A stretch of 46,758 bases of DNA from a virus (taxonomy: Duplodnaviria; Caudoviricetes): IMG/VR virus record IMGVR_UViG_3300020057_000052, positions 1 through 46,758 of that record, one strand, 5' to 3'. Under the pieces are notes generated by a model. The model ran no database searches. It saw only the letters and a program-made list of their open reading frames with translations, and was not told the DNA's origin. The position numbers and the translations under genes were made by a program. Below are positions 36,601 through 43,713 of this stretch, piece by piece. Each line of letters begins with the position of its first letter. Position 1 is the first letter of the stretch.

Positions 36601-39600
36601 CGAGCGGCGAGAACATCGCGACGTGCGAGCGCCAGGCGTTTTCCTCGCCGTCGGCGCGGAAGCCCACGCCTTCCTTGACGTGGCCGAAGTAGTCGTGGAC
36701 GGCGCGGAAGACGTCGTTGGCCAGGGCCAGTTTGCCGCCGAACTTGAACTCGGTCTCGGCCAGCAACGGGTTGTCGCTCACGTCGACCGAGGCGTCGCTA
36801 CCGTGGCCCTCCCGCGTGCTGAAGATGTAGAGGTGGTTGTTGTTGACGACGTCGAGGATCGCGTTGCGCGGGTTGCCGTACGGGTCGCCGCCGTTGTTGA
36901 ACTCGACCTTCAGGCCGGTCGCCAGGATCGCGCGGTACTGCGCCTTCAGTTCGTCGATCAGCGCCGCGTAGGACGCCTTGACGAGCGGGTCCTGCGGCGC
37001 GTGCTTCATGAGCGCGAAGGCGGCGGCGACCTTGGCGCCGCGCGCCGGGTCGGCCTTGATGTAGGTGGTGGGCGGGGTGTACGCGAAGCCGGCGTCGGCC
37101 ATGTACTTCGCGGCGGCCTCGCGCGCCGGCGCGAACGGGCCGAAGGACACGTCCTTGCCGTCGACGCGCACCGGGGTTGGCAGGCCGTCAAGCGGGTTGT
37201 CCGAGAAGTTCGTCTCGGCGGCGACCGGGGCCAGGCGGGTGCCGTCCGTCGTGAGAAAGCGCGCCGGGTCGAACGGGCGCCACTCTGCGGCCTTGGGGCC
37301 GTACAGCTCGCCCTTGCCGTCGACCAGCTGGCCGATCGCCTCCTGGCGCAGCTTGAGGCTGACGTCGTTGGCCTCGGCCGGCGTGAGCGCGCGCGACAGT
37401 CGGGCGACCACGGTCTGCTCGGTGTCCGACTTGTGGACGCTGTGCGACAGGACCTGGACGCCTATCGACTTCAGCATTGTGATAGCTTCGGGCGCAGAAA
37501 TGCCCCGACCGTCCGGCGTGTCGAGGCCGATGTTGATCAGGGTGCCGGTGCGGGGGTCGTCGCCGAAGAGGTCGGCTTCGGCGGGCTCGGCTCGGGCAGG
37601 GGCTCGCCCGGCCGGTCGTCCAGCAGGTCGTTGTCCAGGTCGAACTGATCCTGCTCCTCCTGCCCCCGACTCTCGAAGGTCTCGTACTCTCCGGGCGGCT
37701 GTCTCGTAGTCTTCAGCTTCATCGCGTTCCTCCTCGAACAGGCTGTCCTGGTCCGCCTCGCGCCTGCCCTTGAGCAGCTCGAAGAGGTCCTTCTCGTGAT
37801 ACCACAGGGCGGCCTGCAGATCGGCCATTTCCACCACAATTCCGTCGCGCGCGAGGCCCTTCTGTAGGTCAAGCATCACGCCGCGCAGGTACTTGCGATC
37901 GCCGCCGCCGGCGGGCGTCTGCTCGTCGAGGGTGAACCCCTCGTGCAGAGTCTTGGCTAGAATGTTCTGCCTGGTGCGGTGGTAGTAGCTGCGCTTCTTG
38001 CCGTCGATCTCGACACCCTTGGCGAAGGCGTCGTTGCGCGCCTTGGCGTACTCGCGCACGCCAGGCAGGGATTGCAGGGCCAGCTCGGGGTCGGCGCGTT
38101 CCTCGTCAGGCCGAGCGAGCCAGGCCTTGATCTCGGCGCGGAGCTGCGAGCGCGGCACGCCGAACGTGTTGTCCAGTTCGGCGAGTTGGTCGACGAGCTT
38201 CGCGAGGTTTGAGTCGGTGTTTTCCGGCAGCGCGAGCATGTTGCCGCGGATGCGGTTGATCGTGCGCATGAACCAGCGGTCCATCGTCACCGGGGTGAAG
38301 TTGCCGTAGAGGTTGTTGAAGAACGCACCGATCTTCGAGCCGAGGAACACGGCGCCGTAGACCTCGTTGTCCTTGCCCTCGGACGCGATCTTCGTGCCCG
38401 TCATCTTCTCGATGTCGCGCACGACGCGGTCGGCCTTCATAAAGTCGCGGACCGCCTCCCACTCGTGCTTCGCGACGAGGGCGCCGACCTTGGCCAGGCC
38501 GGTTTTCATCGGCTTGCTGTTCTTCGTGTCGAGGACGCCGTCGCCGGTCGGCCAGGCGCCGGTGTCCCTCCACTGGCGGTAGAGAATCTCGGCGAACTCG
38601 AAGTTCGCGTTGACCTTGGTGCCGTTCGAGGTGATCGCCAACATGGCAATGAAACCGAACTTCGCCTCCGGGTCAGTCGCGATCTCGGGGTGCAGCTCAG
38701 CCATGATGGCGAGCGCTGCCTTGACCTTGGCGTCGTACCAGCCGACGGCGCTGCCGGGCCGTGAGAGCGCGTACAGCGCCTCGGCGCGCAGCGACTCGAC
38801 CAGGCGCCTGCGCGCGTCGGGGTTGCCCGCCTCCATGCCGCGCTTGTTGCGGTTCGTGAAGTAGCGGGCGATGTCGAAGTTGGTCCGCAGGAGCGGCGCC
38901 TTCTGGTCGCCGGTGAAGAACTTGACCGACGCGCGCTGCGGCGGCGGGGCTTCCTTCGCCATCAGGTCGGCGGCCATCTTGCGATAGCGGTCGGCCTCGT
39001 TCTCGGAGAACTCGGTCTCGTCGGCTGTTCCCTTTTCAGCTACGTTTGTAGCCTTCCCTGCTACACGCTGCGCCTGCTTGACGTAGGCCGACGTCAGCGC
39101 GTCGCGCACCGCATCGATCTCGGTGGCGTAGGCGGTGAGGTTGTTCGCGCGGAACTTGCCGACGATCCTCTCGAGCGTCGACAGGATGTGGCGCGCGAGC
39201 TTCGCGAACTGGCCATCTCCCATCTTGGCGGCAATCTCATTCCAGAAGGCCGCAGTCTCGACGTGCTGCTGGGCCAGGGTCGCGGCGACCTCCTCCTCTC
39301 TGATGGCCTCTCTGTACCCCGGGAAGGTCCGCTTGTGCGCATCGACCTTCATGTACGGACGGAGAGCCTCAATCAACTCGGCCTTGATGTCTGCATCGAG
39401 CGTGTGCAGGACCTCGTGCATCGCGAGCGCGAAGAGCGGGTTGCGCGCGTCGTCGGTGATGACGATCGTGCCGTTGGCGACGACGGCGCCGAACCCAGTC
39501 GACCCCTCCGGCTTGTCGAGGTGGGCGAAGATGATCGGCTTGCCGAACACGCGGGCGAGCGCGGCCGCCATGTCGGTGTCGGCGCTCGAGCCGGCGGGGA

Positions 39601-42600
39601 TCGCCGTGAGCTTGATTTTCTCGCCAGGGCCATCGCCGCGCGGCTTGGCGCGCTCGCGCTCGATCGAGCGGAGGACGGCCTCTGCCTTCAGTCGATCTTG
39701 TAGTGCCCGCTCGGGACGAACGTCATCAGCCCGTCCGGCGTCTCGATCGTCTCGGGTAGGTGGTCCGCCGACGACGCCAGAAGATTCCGCACCGCGCTGC
39801 GCAGCGCGGGCTCCAGCGCCGGGCCCTCCGTCGACTGTGACTCCAGCGCCGACGGCTCCTTGAGTTGCGCCGACGGCACTGCGTCCTTCAGGGACTGCAC
39901 CAGCGCCGCCCTGCGGCGAAGCCACAGCTCCGCCTGCTCCTGCAGCGGCTGCTGATGCTCCGCTTCGTCCCTCGGCGGCAGGCACCCCTTGGCGCGCGGC
40001 TCGCTCGGCTGCTGATCGTTCTCCATCGGAGACCTCCTTGAGATTCGTGAGTGGCTTCGTTCGAACGCCCGCCTTAGCCCAGACCTTGAACTGCGCCGTC
40101 GGCATCTCGGTGACGCCGGCCGCGCCCGTCCACCCCGGGGCGTAGTTCGCCTGGTAGGTGACGAGAGCCTCTTCGCGCGAGCGCGCGCCGAGCACGACCT
40201 TATGCTCGTCGAACGTGCCGTCGGCGTGGACCTGGTCGACGATGAACGCCTTGCCGCTGGTCGTGTGCTCGCCGACGAGGACGTCGATGTGGTCGCCGTC
40301 GGCGCCTTCGGTGCCCTTGACGTAGCCGTAGTGGCTGGCCATGGTCACCGCCCAGGGATTGCCGCCCTTGTCCACGCCCGAGCGCTCGGAGCCGCGCGGG
40401 TTCTCGATCGAGATGTTCATCCCGTCGATCGAGACGTGGCCCTTCTTGTAGTTGCCGGCGGCCTTCTGCGCCTCGGTCGGCTGCGCGATCTCGTTGGTCG
40501 GCGACGTGGCCGCCTCGTTCGCGCGCGTGTCGATCTCGGCCCGGCGGTAGCCGTTCAGCGCGTAGCGGCCGTCCGCGCCTTTCTCGGCGCGCCACTCGAG
40601 CTGCGAGCTGCGCTGGGCGCGGCCTGGCAGCGCCTGCTGGGCATCGGCCTTGGTCGTGTAGCCGGTGCCGCTGCGGCCCATCCAGCTCTCTAGTGGAGCG
40701 TCACCCCCAGCGTCCACGTCGGCGCCGGCGGGCCCTGGAAGGTCCACTCGCCCTTGAACGTCTGCAGCCTCCTGGCCGCCGGCTGCAGCTCCGGCGGGCT
40801 CGTTACCCAATCCTCCGGCGACATCAGGCAGAGGTCCTGCAGCTGCCAGGCCTCCTTGCTCGTTAGGACCTGGTGAAACACTGCCAGCTCCAGGGAGTGC
40901 GGCAAGAGCGCTCTGCACGCCGTCATAGTCTGGCTCCTCGGGTGTGGTGGGTACGGTGGACTCGGCGAGCGCCTCCTCCGCGCGCTTCGCATCGCCGATC
41001 GCCTTGGCGGCGCCCAGGTCGACGACGATCGGCGTCAGGCCGGCGCGCGCGGTGGCGGAGTCGGCCGGCGTGAAGTTGACAATGCCTTCGTTGTTCAGGA
41101 AGCCCTTCGAGCGCGCGATACTCTCGGCGGTCGGCAGCGGCGTCCGGCCGGCGCGCGCGGTGGCGGAGTCGGCCGGCGTGAAGTTAGTCTTGCCGCGTGC
41201 GGCGTACGCCTCGCGGCCGACGTTGACGGCGTGCCCCCCTGGCGCGACGGCGGCGCCGGCGGCCGCCGAGTTGATGACGCGCAGCGCGTCTTTGCGCGTG
41301 ACGTCGGTGGTGCGCTCCCCGGCCAGCATCTCGCCGCCGATGTTCACCCCCTCTTGCGTGCCCTCGCCAAGCGCTTCGCCGCCGCTCTGGCCTGGGGCGT
41401 CCTTCACACCCCTCAGCAGCGCCTGCTTGACGCTGGTGGCCGCAGAGGCGCCTGGGCCGCGCAGCGCGCGCGCCACCGGCCCTAGCAAGGAGTCGGCGGC
41501 CAGGTACGGCACCGTCAGCGCGGCGGTCTGTGGCGCCTTGTCGGCCAGGTAGCCGGCCATGTTCGCGCCGCGAGCCGCGAGCGCGTCGGCCTGGCGGTCG
41601 GCCGACCCGAATCGCTTCGGGTCATTGACTCGCGAGGTGTGCTCGATGCGGCCCTGCGTCAGGTCGCCGACGGCCATGCCGCCGGACGTGACGGCAAAGC
41701 CCACCGGGCCCGCGGCGGCGCCGATCATGGCGGCGACCAGCGTCGGCGTGCCGTTCGCGCCCTGGCGCAGCAGCCAGTTGGTGAAGTCCTTCGTCGAGGC
41801 GATGTCGGTGAAGTCGGGCATCTGGCCCGTCAGCTTCAGGGCCTCGGCCTTGTAGGCTTCCACTGCCTTGATCGAGTCGACGATGAAGCTCTCGTCGCGC
41901 TTCAACCCGGCGCCGGCGGCCTCGCGAATCTTGGCGCGCTCCGCCGGGTCCCGCGTCAGCGCGTAGCTGTCGGCGTAGGCAGTGCCAGTGTTGCCGCTGA
42001 GGCTCGGCTTCTGCGGCGGCAGCTTGCCGGTGGCATCGATCGTGTCGATTGCCGCAAGGTCACGCGCGAAGGCTCCGTACGAGAGCGAGGCGCCGAACGC
42101 GCCGGCCGACCGCACCAGGCCCTTGACGTTCTCGACGCCGCCCATGAAGTCCTTGCCGAGCTGCCCGGGCGAGACTAGTCCGCCGTTGCTCGGCGCTTCG
42201 GTGGGCATCGTCGGGTTGATGCGGCCGCGGCCCGCGCCGGCGGCGCTGGGCGCCACGCCGGCCGGCAGGGGCGAGCGGGGGTCCGCCGCGGGCGGGCGCG
42301 CGCCCTCGGCGAACGAGCGCACGAACTCGACGTAGTCGCGGGTCTCGGCGGGGAGGTGGTCGCGCCAGTCGTCCTGGTCGAAGACCTTCCGGTTCTCGCC
42401 CCAGTTGTAGCCGGCGACGGCCTTGTCCATGTCGCCGTTGAAGCGGCGCTTGTTGTCAGACAGGTATGCCGCGGCGCCCATGATCGAGGAGACTGGGTCG
42501 AGCGGGTCGACGCCGTAGCGCTTCGCGGTTTCTGGCATGAACTGCGCGATGCCGATCGCGCCGGCGCTGGACTTGCGCTTGCCGCTGATGACGTCGGGGT

Positions 42601-42805
42601 CGAGGTTCGACTCCCGCATGATGACGGCGGCCAGGTAGGCCTTGTCGATGCCGAACGTGTCGGCGGCGTGAGAGACAAGGTCGCGGACCTTGGAGACATC
42701 GAACGCCGCGGTGGGCGCGGCGGTGGCCTGGGGAACAAGCGCGGCAGTGGCCTGGGGGGCTGTGGCGGCTGGGCTTTCCTGGTCGAGTTCGATGTCGTCG
42801 TTCAT
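30632..42805 (-). CDS. Giant (4057 aa) polyvalent virion/ejection protein: SLT, InPase, HExxH metallopeptidase, HhH-glycosylase-like, SAM-lyase-like, HDxxGH, GNAT-like, ADP-ribosyltransferase, EEIQSD domain and C-terminal ejection core
   Basis: SLT motifs RES..GA.G..QFMP.TA..YN.G; ISIENP.GS.R...HYGY..G.DGD..D..DEHK; HEVLH; YHGT...F..F...FF...YLKI.NP..G.DG; follows smaller ejection genes. Confidence 0.9.
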   Translation of the reverse strand: MNDDIELDQESPAATAPQATAALVPQATAAPTAAFDVSKVRDLVSHAADTFGIDKAYLAAVIMRESNLDPDVISGKRKSSAGAIGIAQFMPETAKRYGVDPLDPVSSIMGAAAYLSDNKRRFNGDMDKAVAGYNWGENRKVFDQDDWRDHLPAETRDYVEFVRSFAEGARPPAADPRSPLPAGVAPSAAGAGRGRINPTMPTEAPSNGGLVSPGQLGKDFMGGVENVKGLVRSAGAFGASLSYGAFARDLAAIDTIDATGKLPPQKPSLSGNTGTAYADSYALTRDPAERAKIREAAGAGLKRDESFIVDSIKAVEAYKAEALKLTGQMPDFTDIASTKDFTNWLLRQGANGTPTLVAAMIGAAAGPVGFAVTSGGMAVGDLTQGRIEHTSRVNDPKRFGSADRQADALAARGANMAGYLADKAPQTAALTVPYLAADSLLGPVARALRGPGASAATSVKQALLRGVKDAPGQSGGEALGEGTQEGVNIGGEMLAGERTTDVTRKDALRVINSAAAGAAVAPGGHAVNVGREAYAARGKTNFTPADSATARAGRTPLPTAESIARSKGFLNNEGIVNFTPADSATARAGLTPIVVDLGAAKAIGDAKRAEEALAESTVPTTPEEPDYDGVQSALAALPGAGSVSPGPNEQGGLAAAGPLPDVAGGLGNEPAGAAAGGQEAADVQGRVDLPGPAGADVDAGGDAPLESWMGRSGTGYTTKADAQQALPGRAQRSSQLEWRAEKGADGRYALNGYRRAEIDTRANEAATSPTNEIAQPTEAQKAAGNYKKGHVSIDGMNISIENPRGSERSGVDKGGNPWAVTMASHYGYVKGTEGADGDHIDVLVGEHTTSGKAFIVDQVHADGTFDEHKVVLGARSREEALVTYQANYAPGWTGAAGVTEMPTAQFKVWAKAGVRTKPLTNLKEVSDGERSAAERAARQGVPAAEGRSGASAAAAGAGGAVASPQGGAGAVPEGRSAVGATQGAVGAGVTVDGGPGAGARAAQRGAESSGVVGGPPTRDDRDAGRADDVRPERALQDRLKAEAVLRSIERERAKPRGDGPGEKIKLTAIPAGSSADTDMAAALARVFGKPIIFAHLDKPEGSTGFGAVVANGTIVITDDARNPLFALAMHEVLHTLDADIKAELIEALRPYMKVDAHKRTFPGYREAIREEEVAATLAQQHVETAAFWNEIAAKMGDGQFAKLARHILSTLERIVGKFRANNLTAYATEIDAVRDALTSAYVKQAQRVAGKATNVAEKGTADETEFSENEADRYRKMAADLMAKEAPPPQRASVKFFTGDQKAPLLRTNFDIARYFTNRNKRGMEAGNPDARRRLVESLRAEALYALSRPGSAVGWYDAKVKAALAIMAELHPEIATDPEAKFGFIAMLAITSNGTKVNANFEFAEILYRQWRDTGAWPTGDGVLDTKNSKPMKTGLAKVGALVAKHEWEAVRDFMKADRVVRDIEKMTGTKIASEGKDNEVYGAVFLGSKIGAFFNNLYGNFTPVTMDRWFMRTINRIRGNMLALPENTDSNLAKLVDQLAELDNTFGVPRSQLRAEIKAWLARPDEERADPELALQSLPGVREYAKARNDAFAKGVEIDGKKRSYYHRTRQNILAKTLHEGFTLDEQTPAGGGDRKYLRGVMLDLQKGLARDGIVVEMADLQAALWYHEKDLFELLKGRREADQDSLFEEERDEAEDYETAARRVRDLRESGAGGAGSVRPGQRPAGRPAGRAPARAEPAEADLFGDDPRTGTLINIGLDTPDGRGISAPEAITMLKSIGVQVLSHSVHKSDTEQTVVARLSRALTPAEANDVSLKLRQEAIGQLVDGKGELYGPKAAEWRPFDPARFLTTDGTRLAPVAAETNFSDNPLDGLPTPVRVDGKDVSFGPFAPAREAAAKYMADAGFAYTPPTTYIKADPARGAKVAAAFALMKHAPQDPLVKASYAALIDELKAQYRAILATGLKVEFNNGGDPYGNPRNAILDVVNNNHLYIFSTREGHGSDASVDVSDNPLLAETEFKFGGKLALANDVFRAVHDYFGHVKEGVGFRADGEENAWRSHVAMFSPLARRAMTTETRGQNSWVNFGPKAAHNKTASGADTIYADQKVGLLPEWVSAEVEFSDNPFPTIDTSMLSLAPREEYRPKRKDISDFSDVAEPMYRISSQVEEVPAKGPEAIAALREIASPEHANLFKLPKSDAKNLRQIVEDEGVGIQMKRFAADANLKGERIWLLTTPDDRSAFITIRDAAPHGKRSFYSVEKGGRPGGPLRLNTRRPGQNIDAVNRRTEEVYIDVSRMSAGSGMGAHIYNIAATLAHNTNRIFIGDPSDISDLAIERRPHQMISSALKFGTTRHLAPHPFQIDGTPKVNGLKWTYGDDDANVNSLAQVITNVKYNPKHELQFNAEDGSFTDARGVRVPGPSDAAAGVPARGAAADAGGGGARTSAAAPGLSPARAGGPVGEAARPVTAYRVAVLRSALAESSQEDGPGLLDELGRIVEEHGDSLDGIFYAANEAETPQGRLNEEMAARSFKKWFGDSKIVSAHGAPLVVYHGTSESFDEFDPDAQAFGNAAVDNGLQFFTRNPREASGYATRDGLLGANVRPAYLKIANPLVVDVKGSAAVYWDANGDRERDRMDSGGHDGIILRGDDAAGIMFITADPDQIRSAIGSNPATDDLFYAENPADVSAIGFYSGLSRAIAGGPGKAMPEQWVAYIRGLTTKGVKQDEITWSGINEWLDMQPGKVSKEEVQTFLDANGVRVTETTLRSPEFNHQRNEWQQAIDRAEADGDYGLADSIGRAWEGSDEETGSTAERPKFSQFTLPGGTNYREVLLTLPVKAYEYPAVLVTRVGDWVPGDPTDGKWRITVGGEDRGYIRAADEADAKYKAGDDARNRVENQGNYRSTHWDQPNVLAHIRMNDRTDADGKRVLFIEEIQSDWAQEGKKKGFVSSGKLPEGWIVKQTGPGGSWYVIDSSNTQVGIYKETREAAIVSATTRDGFTGGTPSAPFVGKTDAWVALAIKRVIKMAVDEGYDRVAFVTGEQSAERYDLSKQVDELVWFPDGKEGGDLQVFQGGLELSMQKGVAATALPDIIGKEAADRLLNRPTSTTLGRNGKNHTLSGIDLKVGGAGMKAFYDKIVPNVAKDVVKKLGGGVMAEVGINTEQDLSTTPDDLLVKINETSDGRFRVGVGSGENRVAKTVDTREQAQSWADEQVSNARGGKFTQQPGFDITPKMREQAEGGVPMFAANPQGPNNLATITPAKPKSVTRATEGWIVSRDELGRFRFGAGAKAYRVVSAIAKLVTDKIGFTPMSPELRRAVREMKNEVDRARNAAAKVAGEMIKMTPADREMVSDIIEGELKAGVVPTKKVLAIAQTISALMGKQTDELIAVGMLSQEAADKWRDKYLPRFYESKLRDNLKNSWDKAISRMMKPAGALTGIGGKSLRRRGMTEVIDAQDLKSYEAQGWVLDDPRFRPGIDRTVQVHRDFSRPEREKMGEIRDSMFRFVMGYMRSQKDLALGRLYEHLADTMASRNEIEGYVKVPDTQIDGTDVQTYGKLAGLYVPEEVLSHLSKFGESEHEAILNLYRKGLGMWKEGKTALNPVAHMNNVVSNLTMAHFAGVSYWDTHKYFGTALDFFKGAPMLLEAKDAGLFSGTVSQEELMNMLPKEMQVLAQMTQSTGAKAVEQAWNLVSLYLRRPLGAAYDGEDLFFRYLIYRDARMKGLHPNDAIDYAQRYIFTYDDLPKGARVVRDTALPFFSYTYKVVPVLAHTALNYPWRFAAPATAVLAIQTLTYAVAAGGDDGDDWEESIRKYVSSAEFREKTRAKEKAESANLPPWMKGYSAFGAKKTIRLGTDDLTNLPVFLDIARMFPGGDMLDVTSNTGGVPWLQNLTPSNPLLNTLAAMMWNKDPYFGKEIVDKNDTHAESAEKRGTWLWSQFAPAISINNYIFNRSMNAVAQATGKPVTWWPGDYTGVGKDGLPIQPGYAALQNIGIKARPMDLDMAAKIEAAQKKAMIRDIDREVKQLRRLSNRGAVTDAQAQSKIDLANEKKARLRAGQDVNGNEKDE
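35299..35619 (-). CDS. Nested +1-frame gene D in the giant ORF (106 aa)
   Basis: TACAAT 7 nt before the ATG (leaderless-type) with an adjacent operator-like site; spans the linker before the ART domain. Confidence 0.55.
   Translation of the reverse strand: MNFNSMPRTAPSLTHEAFEFLDHQMLPREYPPAELPLTPAAEARVRALRHLDFHQLELVDRWERLLVLSRLIASRYSGPHWQSRAKKTGPAYWMSLAVSSRNMEIP
37537..37722 (-). CDS. Nested +1-frame gene C in the giant ORF (61 aa, acidic)
   Basis: GAGGAGG-6nt-ATG; spans the linker after the glycosylase-like domain. Confidence 0.6.
   Translation of the reverse strand: MKLKTTRQPPGEYETFESRGQEEQDQFDLDNDLLDDRPGEPLPEPSPPKPTSSATTPAPAP
39688..40026 (-). CDS. Nested +1-frame gene B in the giant ORF (112 aa)
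   Basis: AAGGAGGT-5nt-ATG; spans the G/A/R linker between the InPase and peptidase domains. Confidence 0.7.
   Translation of the reverse strand: MENDQQPSEPRAKGCLPPRDEAEHQQPLQEQAELWLRRRAALVQSLKDAVPSAQLKEPSALESQSTEGPALEPALRSAVRNLLASSADHLPETIETPDGLMTFVPSGHYKID
40690..40926 (-). CDS. Nested +1-frame gene A in the giant ORF (78 aa)
   Basis: GAGGAG-7nt-ATG; GC3-rich in its own frame; host frame here is a G/A/P-rich linker. Confidence 0.65.
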   Translation of the reverse strand: MTACRALLPHSLELAVFHQVLTSKEAWQLQDLCLMSPEDWVTSPPELQPAARRLQTFKGEWTFQGPPAPTWTLGVTLH

Positions 42806-42810
42806 GTGTC

Positions 42811-43713
42811 TCAGGAGCCAGTGCCGAAGAACTTCGCGCGGGCCGCGTCGGCTGCCGCTTTGACGGCTTCCTTCGAGGTGCTTGCGGAAGCTCCCACCTT
42901 ACCTGGCGGCTTCGGTGTGGCATTGACCTGGGCGCCGCCCGACGGCGCGGCGGCGTTGTCGAACTTCGACTTGCGGCGCTGGAGCGCGGCGCGGTACAGG
43001 TCGCTGGCGTCGTCGTAGTCGCGCTGCCATTGAGCCTTCGCCTCCGGCGTGCGACCGCGGTCGCTCTCCTGCAGCTTGGACATCCGCGTCTGCAGCGTGT
43101 TCATCAGCGTCTCGAGCCGCTCCTTCTCCGCCCCGCCAGCCCCGCCACCATTGGCAAGCGCGGCATCGAGGCGCTTCTGGGCGATCTCCTCACGGGAATC
43201 GAGCGCGTCGTCCTGGCGCTGGTTCTTGCCGGCCTCGGCCTTGTCGAGGCGGCCGTCGCGGCGGTCCTCGGCCTTTTCGGCGCGGCGCTCGGCGGATATG
43301 AGGCGGTCCTCGCTGGCGAGCAAGGAGGCCTCGGTCTGCGGCGCCAGGTCGCCCGTCTTGGCGGCGCCGGCGAAGCGGTTGCGCGCCTTCTGCGTCTGGC
43401 TGAGGCGCACTTCTTCGGCCGGCAGAATTGGCCCCATGCCGTTCATCGGCTTGTGCTTGTCGGCCACGCGCTCCTGCATCTCGCGGTCGATCATGCCGGC
43501 GGCGTCGTTGACGCGCTTCGCGCGCGCGGCGCGGTCGGTGTTCTCGCCCTGGCGCTTGTAGTCGTCGAGCGCCTTCGCGCGCGCCAGGTCGGCGTCCTGC
43601 GTCGCCTTCATCAGCGCGGTGCGCGAGTCGGCGGCGATGCCCTCCTGGGCCATGCCCTGCGCTGCGGCCGCGCCGCCTTGCATGCCGCCCGCGATGATGC
43701 CGCCGAGGTTCAT
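42811..43713 (-). CDS. Probable internal virion/ejection protein
   Basis: G/A-rich N-terminus, charged coiled coil; position. Confidence 0.65.
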   Translation of the reverse strand: MNLGGIIAGGMQGGAAAAQGMAQEGIAADSRTALMKATQDADLARAKALDDYKRQGENTDRAARAKRVNDAAGMIDREMQERVADKHKPMNGMGPILPAEEVRLSQTQKARNRFAGAAKTGDLAPQTEASLLASEDRLISAERRAEKAEDRRDGRLDKAEAGKNQRQDDALDSREEIAQKRLDAALANGGGAGGAEKERLETLMNTLQTRMSKLQESDRGRTPEAKAQWQRDYDDASDLYRAALQRRKSKFDNAAAPSGGAQVNATPKPPGKVGASASTSKEAVKAAADAARAKFFGTGS

